A DNA stretch of 64,000 nucleotides from an uncultured bacterium (GTDB taxonomy: Bacteria; Krumholzibacteriota; Krumholzibacteriia; JACNKJ01). Under the pieces are notes generated by a model that searched no databases, was not told the DNA's origin, and saw nothing but the letters and a program-made list of their open reading frames with translations. Where the stretch lies: positions 288,001 to 352,000 of the forward strand of contig CAVOFT010000001.1 of the NCBI GenBank assembly GCA_963695095.1, in the 5' to 3' direction. The translations under genes were made by a program, and so were the position numbers. Of the stretch, positions 10,592-19,826 are shown in pieces (positions within the stretch are counted from its first letter, which is position 1; each line of letters opens with the position of its first letter).

Positions 10592-11374
10592 ATGAGACCG
10601 CTAATCAAGTCCCTGCTCGCCGCCACGCTCTTGCTGGCGCTGGTGGGTTCGATGGCCCTGGCGACGCCGGCAATCGACAGCGCCGTCTTCAATCTGCGCG
10701 TCTTCAACGACTGCCCGACGTCGATGCTGACGACGGTGAACAACTACGCGAGCCTGATCAGCATCAACGATGCGCAGCTCGATTGCGCCGGCTGGGCGAA
10801 CCTGCACAACTGGCATCTCGCCACCGGCGGCGTCGCCGGCGTGTTCATGAACGGCGATGCCTTCATCCTCAGCTTCGATCTGCGCATCACGGGCACCGCC
10901 GATGGCGAAGCGGGCGTGCTCGTCGCGCCCTGGTGGAGCCAGAATGTCGACGGCCGCTTCAACGTGCGCAGCACGGATGGCGAAATCGCCTGCTTCGGCG
11001 GCCGGCTGCCCTTCTACAGCTTCACGGGCAGCCACGGGCTGGCCTACACGAAGGGCGATCTGATCACCCTGACGGTGGCCTACTCGCCCAACGATCTGAG
11101 CGAGGCGAGCCCCGCCACGATCGAGTACATCGTGGACTACAACGGCGGCAACTACAGCTCCGGCCCGCTGCCCTTCGACGAGGGCAATCCCACGGAGCCC
11201 TACGGCAACTGGGGCATGCTCGACGACGCGCGCGTCGGCGGCTACGTGCAGGCCTTCCTGCAGAACGGCAACCCCGAGGCCGAACTGACCGCCGAATGGA
11301 CCAACATCGAGTTCCTGGACACTTCGGTGGCCACGGAGGACACGAACTGGAGCCGGGTGAAGTCCCTGTACTAG
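10592..11374 (+). CDS. Secreted hypothetical protein (beta-rich) ending in a VATEDTNWSRVKSLY tail
   Basis: RBS AGGAGG before ATG 10592; signal peptide; host-like codon usage. Confidence 0.8.
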   Translation: MRPLIKSLLAATLLLALVGSMALATPAIDSAVFNLRVFNDCPTSMLTTVNNYASLISINDAQLDCAGWANLHNWHLATGGVAGVFMNGDAFILSFDLRITGTADGEAGVLVAPWWSQNVDGRFNVRSTDGEIACFGGRLPFYSFTGSHGLAYTKGDLITLTVAYSPNDLSEASPATIEYIVDYNGGNYSSGPLPFDEGNPTEPYGNWGMLDDARVGGYVQAFLQNGNPEAELTAEWTNIEFLDTSVATEDTNWSRVKSLY

Positions 11375-11401
11375 GCGATTATCGAGCGCAAAGCGAACCT
11401 G

Positions 11402-11438
11402 GATAGCCCCGGAGCCGATGCTTCGGGGCTATCGCTTT
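11402..11438. terminator. Intrinsic, probably bidirectional, terminator hairpin
   Basis: GATAGCCCCGGAGC-cgat-GCTTCGGGGCTATC between convergent genes. Confidence 0.75.
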
Positions 11439-11444
11439 GTCGGC

Positions 11445-12269
11445 TCACGCGCGACGGAGCGCGCGGCCGGCCAGGGTGCTGAGCAGGTAGACGCCGCCGG
11501 CCAGCAGGATGATCGTCGCCCCGGCCGGCAGATCCGGTCCGTAGCTGAGGGCGAGTCCGCCCGTGCAGATCAGCGCGCCGAGCAGGACGGCGATCAGCAT
11601 CATGCGGCTGAGCGAGTTCACGTACTGGGCGGCCACGGCCGCCGGCAGCGTGAGCAGGGCGATGACGAGGATGAGCCCGACCACCTGGATCAGCAGCACC
11701 ACGGTGATGGCGATCAGGCAGAGCAGGAGCAGGTAGAAGCCCGTGACGTGCACGCCGCGCAGGCGGGCGAACTCCTCGTCGAAGGCGACGGCGACGAGCT
11801 GCTTGTAGAAGGCGGCCACGGTGAGGAGGAGCAGCAGGTCGAGGGCGATCATCAGGCGCAGGTGGCCGTCGGTCACCATGAGGATGTTGCCGAACAGGGC
11901 GCTCATGAGGTCCACGTTGTAGCCGGGCGTGCGCGCGATGAAGAGGATGCCCACCGCCATGCCCACGGACCAGAGGGCGCCGATCAGGGTGTCCTCGCGC
12001 TCGCGGGCCTTCAGGCGCACCGCGCCGATGAGCAAGGCGGCGGCGAGGGCGGCGATCAGGGCGCCGGCGAGGGGCGGGGCCCCGAAGTAGGCCGCGGCGC
12101 CCATGCCGCCGAGCACCGCGTGCGCGATGCCGCCGGCCAGGAAGGTGATGCGCTTGACGACGACGAAGGGGCCCATCACGCCGCAGCCCACGCTGGCCAG
12201 GAGCCCCGCCGCGAGGGCGTGCTGCAGGAAGCCCTGGGCGGCGAGGGCGGCGAAGAACTCCGGCATCAT
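11445..12269 (-). CDS. znuB: Zn/Mn ABC transporter permease
   Basis: Highly hydrophobic; GIAHAVLGG, LFGNIL, FDEEFARLRG, VGLILVIALLTLPAA. Confidence 0.9.
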   Translation of the reverse strand: MMPEFFAALAAQGFLQHALAAGLLASVGCGVMGPFVVVKRITFLAGGIAHAVLGGMGAAAYFGAPPLAGALIAALAAALLIGAVRLKAREREDTLIGALWSVGMAVGILFIARTPGYNVDLMSALFGNILMVTDGHLRLMIALDLLLLLTVAAFYKQLVAVAFDEEFARLRGVHVTGFYLLLLCLIAITVVLLIQVVGLILVIALLTLPAAVAAQYVNSLSRMMLIAVLLGALICTGGLALSYGPDLPAGATIILLAGGVYLLSTLAGRALRRA

Positions 12270-13081
12270 GGCCGCCCTCCGGCGCCAGCGCCGGGCGGCC
12301 GCGTATCGCCGGGATCCAGGTGCGTGTGGTGATGGATGATCTGCGCCGGGCCGCCGTACATCTCGGCGATGATCTCCCCGCTCAGCGCGCTGGTCTCATG
12401 GCAGACGAGCCGCCGGTTGAGGCAGGCCACGCGGCCCACGTAGCCCGAGATGAAGCCGACGTCGTGGGAGACCACGACGATGGTCAGCTCGCGGTTCAGG
12501 TCGCGCAGCAGATCGAAGAGACTGGACTCCACCCGGGCGTCCACGTTGGCCGTGGGCTCGTCGAGCAGGAGCACGCGCGGCGCGCAGGCCAGGGCCCGGG
12601 CGATGAGCACGCGCTGGAGCTGGCCGCCGGAGAGCGTGGCCAGCGGGCGCTCGGCGAGATCGGCCATCGACACGGCGGCGAGGGCGCGGAGAGCGACGGC
12701 GTGGTCCTCGCGGCGCCAGCCGAAGAGCCGGCGCGTCTGGCCGAGGCGGCCTTGCATCACCGCACGCTGTACCGAGATGGGAAAGTCGCTGGCGAAGCTG
12801 CGGAACTGGGGCACGTAGCCGAGCAGGGCGCGGGCCTCGCGCGGCCGGCGCCCGAAGACGCGCACGCTGCCGCGCTCGGGTTCGAGCAGGCCGAGCACGA
12901 GCTTGAGCAGGGTGCTCTTGCCGCCGCCGTTGGGCCCCACCAGGCCCAGGAACTCACCCGCGGCCACCTCGAGGTTCACGTCCTCCAGCACGGCGGGTCG
13001 CCGCGCGTCGCCGCCGTAGCGGAACTGCACCTGGCGCAGCGCGATGGCAGGCGTCGCGGCGGCGGCCATGGCCCCGCTCAC
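12266..13081 (-). CDS. znuC: Zn/Mn ABC transporter ATP-binding protein
   Basis: Walker [15 protein letters not shown] signature; LLLDEPT; VSHD. Confidence 0.92.
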   Translation of the reverse strand: MSGAMAAAATPAIALRQVQFRYGGDARRPAVLEDVNLEVAAGEFLGLVGPNGGGKSTLLKLVLGLLEPERGSVRVFGRRPREARALLGYVPQFRSFASDFPISVQRAVMQGRLGQTRRLFGWRREDHAVALRALAAVSMADLAERPLATLSGGQLQRVLIARALACAPRVLLLDEPTANVDARVESSLFDLLRDLNRELTIVVVSHDVGFISGYVGRVACLNRRLVCHETSALSGEIIAEMYGGPAQIIHHHTHLDPGDTRPPGAGAGGRP

Positions 13082-13971
13082 GGCCGGCTCCGGAGCGCCT
13101 CGGCGATGAGCCGCGCCGAGCGGCGCAGGTTCTCCACGTAGTCCGGCGCCAGGGGGTCGAGCGCGATCACGCGCCCGCCCACCGCCTCGGCCACCGCCTG
13201 GGCGCTGGCCGTGGCCGCCTGCTGCTGCACGAAGACCACGCGAATTCCCTCCGCCTTGGCCCGTGCGATGATGCCGGCCAGGGAGCGAGCGCCGGGCTCC
13301 TTGCCCTCGTGCTCGATGGCCACCTGCTCGAGCCCGTAGGCGGCGGCGAAGTAGCCCCAGGAGGGGTGAAAGACCAGGAAGCGCCGGCCCTCGAGGCCCG
13401 CGAGGAGGCCTCTGATCTCCGCATCGAGCGCGGCCAGCTCGGCGGCGAAGCGCGCGGCGCCGGCCTGGTAGTCGGCGGCGTGGGGGGGATCCGCCGCCGC
13501 CAGCGCCGCCGCCAGGGGCGGCAGCAGGCGGGCGACGAGCAGGGGATCCGTCCAGACGTGCGGATCGAGCTCGCCAGTGGGCTCCGGAGCGCGGGGCTCC
13601 GCGTGCGCATGGCCGATCAGGGGCAGCGGGGCGATGCCGGCCGCGGCCAGCAAGTCCAGCACCGGCAGACCCGGATGCGCGGCCTCGAGACGCGGCAACC
13701 AGGCTCGCTCGAAGGGCACGCCGATGGGCAGGATGAGGTCCGCCTCGGCCAGGGCCGCCATTTGCCGCGGGGTGGGCTCGTAGGTGTGGATGTTGCGGCC
13801 CGGGCCGACGAGCACCGCCACCGTCACGAGCTCGCCGCCCACCGCCTCGACGATGGCCCGCTGAGGCAGCAGGCTCACGACCACGCGCAGGGGAGCTGCC
13901 GCCACCCGCTCCGCGGGGAGCCCGAGCGCCAGGACGACCAGCGCGCAGCCGGCGGCGCGGCGCGGGCTCAT
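13078..13971 (-). CDS. znuA: Zn/Mn ABC transporter substrate-binding protein
   Basis: HTYEPTP, DPHVWTDP, FHPSWGYFA. ATG at 13971 overlaps the upstream stop. Confidence 0.9.
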   Translation of the reverse strand: MSPRRAAGCALVVLALGLPAERVAAAPLRVVVSLLPQRAIVEAVGGELVTVAVLVGPGRNIHTYEPTPRQMAALAEADLILPIGVPFERAWLPRLEAAHPGLPVLDLLAAAGIAPLPLIGHAHAEPRAPEPTGELDPHVWTDPLLVARLLPPLAAALAAADPPHAADYQAGAARFAAELAALDAEIRGLLAGLEGRRFLVFHPSWGYFAAAYGLEQVAIEHEGKEPGARSLAGIIARAKAEGIRVVFVQQQAATASAQAVAEAVGGRVIALDPLAPDYVENLRRSARLIAEALRSRP

Positions 13972-14348
13972 CGTGCCCCTCCCTGACAGCCTGCGCACAG
14001 GCCCATCAAGTAGAACTCGTGCTCCTCGACGAGAAACCCCGCCGGCGCCAGGCGCTCGAAATCCCCCGGACAGGCGGCCAGCTCGTAGACCGCCGCGCAG
14101 CGCCGGCAGCGGAAGTGGTGGTGATGCGCCTTGCCGGCCAGCTCGTAGCGGCTGGGCTCGCCGGGCAGGGCGACTTCCCGCAGGGCCCCGTCGGCCAGCA
14201 GACCGGCCAGGTGCCGGTAGACCGTGGCGATGCCCAGGGCCGGCAGCGCTTGCCCGGCCTCGCTGAGGATCTCGCGCGGGGACAGGGGCCGATCGGCCTG
14301 CTCGAGCGCGGCCAGGACGGCATCTCGCTGGCGGGTACGGCGCTGCAG
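13968..14348 (-). CDS. zur: Fur-family transcriptional repressor (Zur-like)
   Basis: TRQRDAVL, LGIATVYRHL, HHHHFRCRRC and C-terminal CAGC; heads the znuACB operon. Start uncertain; GGAGG precedes a CTG codon at 14348. Confidence 0.85.
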   Translation of the reverse strand: MQRRTRQRDAVLAALEQADRPLSPREILSEAGQALPALGIATVYRHLAGLLADGALREVALPGEPSRYELAGKAHHHHFRCRRCAAVYELAACPGDFERLAPAGFLVEEHEFYLMGLCAGCQGGAR

Positions 14349-14377
14349 GGTCCACCTCCAGGGTCTGGAGCGTCCTA

Positions 14378-14405
14378 TTGATAGCGAGATCTCATTAGAA
14401 ATCAA
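14378..14405. promoter_or_regulatory. Candidate Fur/Zur operator
   Basis: AT-rich imperfect palindrome TTGATAGCGAGATCTCATTAGAAATCAA, centred on GAGATCTC, just upstream of zur. Confidence 0.5.
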
Positions 14406-14623
14406 GGGCGTGGCCAAAGAAAATGCCCGGGCCAGGGGGCTCGGGCATCGTCAGGGCCGCCCGGAGAAGTAGTGGTGGCGTTCCGGGGGCGTGTCGACGC
14501 CGCGAGTCTGGCCAAGGGAGACAAGATATGCAAGAAATAAACAGCGTTAACTGAATTTCAGGCCCGCCCTGCGGCTTCGGTCCCCCAGGCTCCATCGCCA
14601 GGCAGATCGTCTCAGGCCGTCCA

Positions 14624-14639
14624 TGGCAGGGTTCATGCA
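14624..14639 (+). promoter_or_regulatory. Possible sigma-54 promoter for the HDOD gene
   Basis: TGGCAGGGTTCATGCA (GG-N10-GC), with an AT-rich tract ~80 bp upstream. Confidence 0.3.
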
Positions 14640-14803
14640 ATCGATGCGCCTTGCGCAGCCTCCCCGGGTTCGCAGGCGCCCCAGGCTGCCCGGCAGCGGT
14701 TCCAGGCCCCAGGCGGAAGGCCGCCGCATGCCGCATTACAGCGTGAAATGGTTCAAGCGGGCGCAAATTGCGCCCGACTACTGGACTAGCAATAGGAGAG
14801 CGC

Positions 14804-16000
14804 ATGGAGCTGGCTGTCCTTCTCGCCCTGGGCCTGCTGCTGCTCATCCTGCTCGCCGTCGCTCTGGCGTCAGCGTTCCAGGAGGCGGCGAGGGCCCGGT
14901 CCGCGCCGGCGCGCAGGCCGGTGGCCGAGCGAGCGCCCGCCGGGCGCAAGCCGACCGCCGCCGTCGAGAGCGCTCCCCGCGAGGAGCGGCCCAGCCCGCC
15001 CGAGGCCCCGCCCAGCCTCATCGATAGCTGGCGCTTCCAGCCCGCCCCGGCCGACTTCCGCTGCTTCGACGACGAGGCCCCGGACGCCGACGACATGAGC
15101 GACATCATGGCCCAGGCGGACAGCATCGCCGGCCGGCTCAAGGCGCGCCAGCAGATCATGTCGGGGGTGGCCGGCTCGGAGTTCAATCCCAAGCAGGTGA
15201 CCGAGCTCGTACTGAGCGACCCGGCCCTGGCCGGCCTGGTGCTGCGCATCGTGAACTCGGCCTACTACGGGCTGGGGCAGAAGATCGGTTCCGTCTTCAG
15301 GGCCGTCGTCTACCTGGGCCATGTCGAGGTGCGCAACATCATCTGGCGCGCCTGCGTGAACGAAGGGCTCGGCAGCGGGGACCGCGCGGTGCAGGCGCTG
15401 CTGGACGGCCTCTGGCAGCACTCCTTCGCCTCCAGCAAGGTGGCCTTCGCCATCGCGAAGAACCGCGGCATGGCCGAACCCGACAAGGTCTCCACGATGG
15501 CCCTGCTGCACGACATCGGCAAGCTGATCTGTCTCAACGTGTGGCCGGACCGCGCCAAGCGGCTCTACTACCCGGTGCAGTTCAGCGACCGCAGCGTGCT
15601 GGAGGAGGAGATGCGCCTGGGCGCGCGGCACGCGCGACTGGGCGCCGCGGTGGCCGAGGCCTGGGGCCTGCCGAACGAAAGCCTGCAGGTGATCCGCAAC
15701 CACCATGCGCCGAGCTACGTCTCGATCAGCCAGGTGGATCCTGGCCACCGCCGCCCCTTGGCCGTGGTTCACATGGCCGATCTCTTCGTGCATGCGGTCA
15801 CGCCTGCGCCCGTGGACCAGGAGTTCGCGCCGATCTACCAGCCGCAGGAGAGCTGGCTGCAGCTCCTGGGCGTCGATACCGTCGAGCAGCTCTGCACGAA
15901 CGAGGTCGAGGCGGCCCTGCCGCGCCTGCGCCTGGTCCACCTGCCGCAGATGGCCCCCGAGGGTCTCGGTGAGCGGCAGGAGCAATCCACGGTGGACTGA
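14804..16000 (+). CDS. Membrane-anchored HDOD-domain signalling protein
   Basis: N-terminal TM helix; SDPALAGLVLRIVNSAYYG, LWQHS, LLHDIGK, WGLP...IRNHH. Confidence 0.88.
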   Translation: MELAVLLALGLLLLILLAVALASAFQEAARARSAPARRPVAERAPAGRKPTAAVESAPREERPSPPEAPPSLIDSWRFQPAPADFRCFDDEAPDADDMSDIMAQADSIAGRLKARQQIMSGVAGSEFNPKQVTELVLSDPALAGLVLRIVNSAYYGLGQKIGSVFRAVVYLGHVEVRNIIWRACVNEGLGSGDRAVQALLDGLWQHSFASSKVAFAIAKNRGMAEPDKVSTMALLHDIGKLICLNVWPDRAKRLYYPVQFSDRSVLEEEMRLGARHARLGAAVAEAWGLPNESLQVIRNHHAPSYVSISQVDPGHRRPLAVVHMADLFVHAVTPAPVDQEFAPIYQPQESWLQLLGVDTVEQLCTNEVEAALPRLRLVHLPQMAPEGLGERQEQSTVD

Positions 16001-16065
16001 GCAGCCCCCTTCGCCTACCTTGACCTGCGCCCCCTCGCTGCCACCCCCCCCGCGGGAGTGACTGC

Positions 16066-16689
16066 ATGCCCGACTCTGCGCCGCCGCCCGGCTGGCAAGC
16101 GGCCCTCGGCCGCCTGCACGCAGGCAACCAGCGCTACCAGGCCTTTCGTCAAGCCCACCCGCGGCTCGACCCCGAATGGCGGGCCGAGCTGCAGGGCGGG
16201 CAGCGCCCCTTCGCCGCTATCCTCGGCTGTGCGGATTCACGGGTGCCGCCCGAGCACGTCTTCGACCAGGGCCTGGGCGACCTCTTCGTCGTGCGCGTGG
16301 CCGGCCACGTGCTCGACGGTGCGGTGCTGGGCAGCATCGAGTTCGCGGTGCTGCAGCTCGGCGTGCGCCTCGTCCTGGTGCTGGGTCACGAGAACTGTGG
16401 AGCCATCGAGGCCACCCTGGCCGGGGCAAAGCTCTCCGGCCATCTGGCCCAGATCACGCGGGGTATCGAGCCGGCCCTGGCGGCGCTCGTCGCCCGCGGC
16501 GAGCTGCCCGCGGAGCGGGGCGCGCGCATGAACGCGGTCGCCCGCGCCAACGCCCGGCAGGTGGCCGCCACGCTGCGCGCATCCTGGCCGCAATTGAGCC
16601 GCCCCAAGGACGAGGGACTCCTCAAAGTGCTGCCCGCCTTCTATCATCTGAGCACGGGCGCCGTGGAGTTCATGGACCCGGAGCCCTGA
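16066..16689 (+). CDS. Beta-class carbonic anhydrase
   Basis: CADSRVP, DLFVVRVAG, GHENCGA. Confidence 0.92.
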   Translation: MPDSAPPPGWQAALGRLHAGNQRYQAFRQAHPRLDPEWRAELQGGQRPFAAILGCADSRVPPEHVFDQGLGDLFVVRVAGHVLDGAVLGSIEFAVLQLGVRLVLVLGHENCGAIEATLAGAKLSGHLAQITRGIEPALAALVARGELPAERGARMNAVARANARQVAATLRASWPQLSRPKDEGLLKVLPAFYHLSTGAVEFMDPEP

Positions 16690-16909
16690 GCCCGCGTCGG
16701 GTCATCGACCCGTCACAGCGATGCCGGGATCCCGGGCAAAGCTGCCCGCTTTCTGCATTCTCGGCGAAATACAGGCCGGTAATGCCTGGGCAGCGAAACC
16801 TCCCCGCGCTATCCTCGCTAGGTTCCGGGCTGGGCCGACAGGGGTCGGCCCAGCCCGCGCGTCGGGGCGCAGCCAAAGCCCCGATTACCCGATCGACGAG
16901 GAGATGACG

Positions 16910-18841
16910 ATGACCAGGCAGCTCGTGTCCGCCTGCCTGCTCGCACTGTCGGTGGCGATGGTGACGGGCTGCGGCGGCAAGAAGGAGGAGCAGGCCCCCT
17001 TGATCGCCATGCAGGACTTCTTCCGCAACCCGGAGCAGACCTCCTACCAGCTCTCCCCCGACGGCCGGCACCTGGCCTGGCTGCAGCCCTGGCAGGGGCG
17101 CCTCAACGTCCACGTGCGGGCGATCGGCAGCGACGAGGTGACCCGGGTGACCGCCGCCACGGCGCGGGACATCTTCGGCTACGGCTGGGCGAACAACAGC
17201 CGCATCGTCTACATCCAGGATACCGGCGGCGATGAGAACCACCACGCCTACGCCGCCAACCTGGACGGCAGCAACTTCCTCGACCTGACGCCCTTCGCGG
17301 CCGTGCAGACGCGCTTCGTCGACATCCTCGAGGACGATGACGAGCACATGCTGATCGGGCTCAACCGGCGCGACGCGCGAATCCACGACGTCTATCGCGT
17401 GAACGTGAACACGGGCGAGCTGGTGATGGTGGCCGAGAACCCGGGCAACATCATGGGGTGGAACACGGACAACGCCGGCCGCATCCGTGTCGCCAGCACC
17501 ACCGACGGCGTAAACAGCAGCCTTCTCTATCGCGAGAACGAGAACGAGCCCTTCCGCACGGTGATCACCACGAACTTCAAGGAGACGCTGGCGCCGCTCT
17601 ACTTCACCTTCGACGACCAGCTGCTCTACGTGGCCTCCAACATCGGGCGCGACAAGACGGCCATCTTCACCTACGACCCGCGCACGGCCGAGCAGAAGGA
17701 GCTGATCTACGAGCATCCCGAGGTGGACGTGGAGAACCTGATGCGCTCGCGGCACCGCAAGGTGATCACCGGCGTCGCCTTCTTCACGGACAAGCGCGGC
17801 TACAAGTTCTTCGACCAGGACCGCGAGCAGCTTCAGGCGCGGCTGGAGCGCGAGCTGACGGGCGTGGAGGTCTCGGTGGCGAGCATGAGCAAGGACGAAC
17901 GCCGCGTTCTCGTGCGCACCTTCAGCGACAAGACCCGCGGCGCCTACTACTACCTCGATCGCGACACGGACAAGCTCGAGAAGCTGGTGGACGTGAGTCC
18001 CTGGCTGGACCCGACCGCGATGGCGGACATGAAGCCCATCCAGTACACCAGCCGCGACGGCCTCACCATTCACGGCTATCTGACCCTGCCCCGCGGCATC
18101 GCCGCCAAGAATCTGCCCGTCGTGGTGAACCCGCACGGCGGCCCCTGGGCGCGCGACTACTGGGGCTTCAACCCCGAGATCCAGTTCCTGGCCAACCGCG
18201 GCTATGCGGTGCTGCAGATGAACTTCCGCGGCTCCACCGGCTACGGCAAGGAGTTCTGGACGAAGAGCTTCAAGCAGTGGGGCGGCACGATGCAGGACGA
18301 CGTCACCGACGGCGTCAAGTGGCTGATCAGCCAGGGCATCGCCGATCCGGACCGCATCGGCATCTACGGCGGCTCCTACGGCGGCTATGCGACCCTGGCC
18401 GGCGTCACCTTCACGCCGGATCTCTACGCCTGCGCCGTCGACTACGTGGGCGTCTCGAACATCTTCACCTGGATGGAGGCCTTCCCGCCCTACTGGGAAC
18501 CCTTCATCGCCATGGTCAAGGAGATGGTGGGCGACCCGGCGACGGAGCCGGACTTCATCCGCTCCATCTCGCCCTTCTTCCACGTGGACAAGATCGAGGT
18601 GCCCATGCTCGTGGCCCAGGGCGCCAACGATCCCCGCGTGAAGAAGGAGGAGAGCGACCAGATCGTCGCGGCGCTCCGGGCGCGCGGCATCGAGGTGGAG
18701 TACATCGTCAAGGACAACGAGGGCCACGGCTTCGCGAACGAGGAGAACCGCTTCGAGTTCTACGGCGCGATGGAGAAGTTCCTCGGCCAGCACCTGGGCG
18801 GTTCGGTGGCCAAGGTGCCGCCGCCCGGCGACGAGAGCTGA
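16910..18841 (+). CDS. S9-family (prolyl oligopeptidase/acylaminoacyl) peptidase, lipoprotein
   Basis: Lipobox VTGC; HGGP, GGSYGG, GANDPRV, EGHGF; RBS GAGGAG. Confidence 0.93.
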   Translation: MTRQLVSACLLALSVAMVTGCGGKKEEQAPLIAMQDFFRNPEQTSYQLSPDGRHLAWLQPWQGRLNVHVRAIGSDEVTRVTAATARDIFGYGWANNSRIVYIQDTGGDENHHAYAANLDGSNFLDLTPFAAVQTRFVDILEDDDEHMLIGLNRRDARIHDVYRVNVNTGELVMVAENPGNIMGWNTDNAGRIRVASTTDGVNSSLLYRENENEPFRTVITTNFKETLAPLYFTFDDQLLYVASNIGRDKTAIFTYDPRTAEQKELIYEHPEVDVENLMRSRHRKVITGVAFFTDKRGYKFFDQDREQLQARLERELTGVEVSVASMSKDERRVLVRTFSDKTRGAYYYLDRDTDKLEKLVDVSPWLDPTAMADMKPIQYTSRDGLTIHGYLTLPRGIAAKNLPVVVNPHGGPWARDYWGFNPEIQFLANRGYAVLQMNFRGSTGYGKEFWTKSFKQWGGTMQDDVTDGVKWLISQGIADPDRIGIYGGSYGGYATLAGVTFTPDLYACAVDYVGVSNIFTWMEAFPPYWEPFIAMVKEMVGDPATEPDFIRSISPFFHVDKIEVPMLVAQGANDPRVKKEESDQIVAALRARGIEVEYIVKDNEGHGFANEENRFEFYGAMEKFLGQHLGGSVAKVPPPGDES

Positions 18842-18895
18842 GCGCGCCTGCGGCCCGCCCGCGGCCTGCCCATGGCGAGGATGACGGCTATCGCC

Positions 18896-18925
18896 AGGCC
18901 CCCGCCCTTCGGCGGGGGCTTTTTT
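18896..18925 (+). terminator. Intrinsic terminator
   Basis: GGCCCCCGCC-cttc-GGCGGGGGCT followed by a T run. Confidence 0.85.
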
Positions 18926-19085
18926 CAGGGGCCTGAGCTGTTGCCTCGGTCCGCGGAGCTGCGAAGGCACACAATCCTGCATGGTGCTAATAGGGAGCAG
19001 TACGCTCTCTACTGCCACAGTCTTGACACCCTATCATGTGCGGCAACTCCGGCATCCTGCCTCCATGCTTGGACTGCCGGCGATC

Positions 19086-19568
19086 TCAACCGGCGCCAGG
19101 GTGCGCCGGGGACTTCTTCTGGAGGAAGTAGACGATCGTTTGGATAGGGATCATCAGGATCGCAAAGGGTAGCCGAAGGAGAAGGCCGAAGACGAAGCCG
19201 AAGATAGTGCTTAGGAACCCGCCCTTGCCCTTCTTCTCGTCGTCTTCCGCCATTCCGAAACCCATCTCCAGTCCCCTGTGAAAGCAGGCCTTGAACTGGA
19301 TTCCCGCATAGACAAGCGGAGACACATGCCAGGATCGTCCGCATCCCGGGCGATGCACGACCCGCCCGAGGAAATGGGGCTTGAAGCGCCCGGCCTCGGA
19401 GCACTGCGGGCAGCTGGAGCCGACAAAATCACGGGTGGCAAAGATGAGGGCTCCCGAGTCCCCCTCCGCCTCAAGCGCAAGTCTAAATTCACGATGGCGT
19501 TCCATAGAAATGAAGTCACTCTGTTCCAAATACTCATAAACCTGGGACTCTTTAGCTGTCATGGCCAT
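19086..19568 (-). CDS. Hypothetical membrane protein with a CxxC...HxxxC motif, in a lower-GC patch
   Basis: RBS AAGGAGG before ATG 19568; CPQC and HRPGC; C-terminal hydrophobic helices. Confidence 0.65.
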   Translation of the reverse strand: MAMTAKESQVYEYLEQSDFISMERHREFRLALEAEGDSGALIFATRDFVGSSCPQCSEAGRFKPHFLGRVVHRPGCGRSWHVSPLVYAGIQFKACFHRGLEMGFGMAEDDEKKGKGGFLSTIFGFVFGLLLRLPFAILMIPIQTIVYFLQKKSPAHPGAG

Positions 19569-19826
19569 GTACACCCTCCTTCACCTATACTGTCCAGCCA
19601 CCTGGGACCACCACTGATCCAGCCTGGGGCGCCTCGGACAGTACGAGCGCGCGCGCTAAACATCAAGCTGTTGCTAGCAAGTCGCGAGTAGTGTTGCTTC
19701 ACGAGCGTGAGAGATAGTGCACGCATTGACGAATGAGAGGCTGATCGACGATTGCACGCGCGTGCAGCTTGTTGCCAGCAGTGCCGCGCCGCCACACAAA
19801 GGCCCGTACCTACCACCCGGCTGGCA

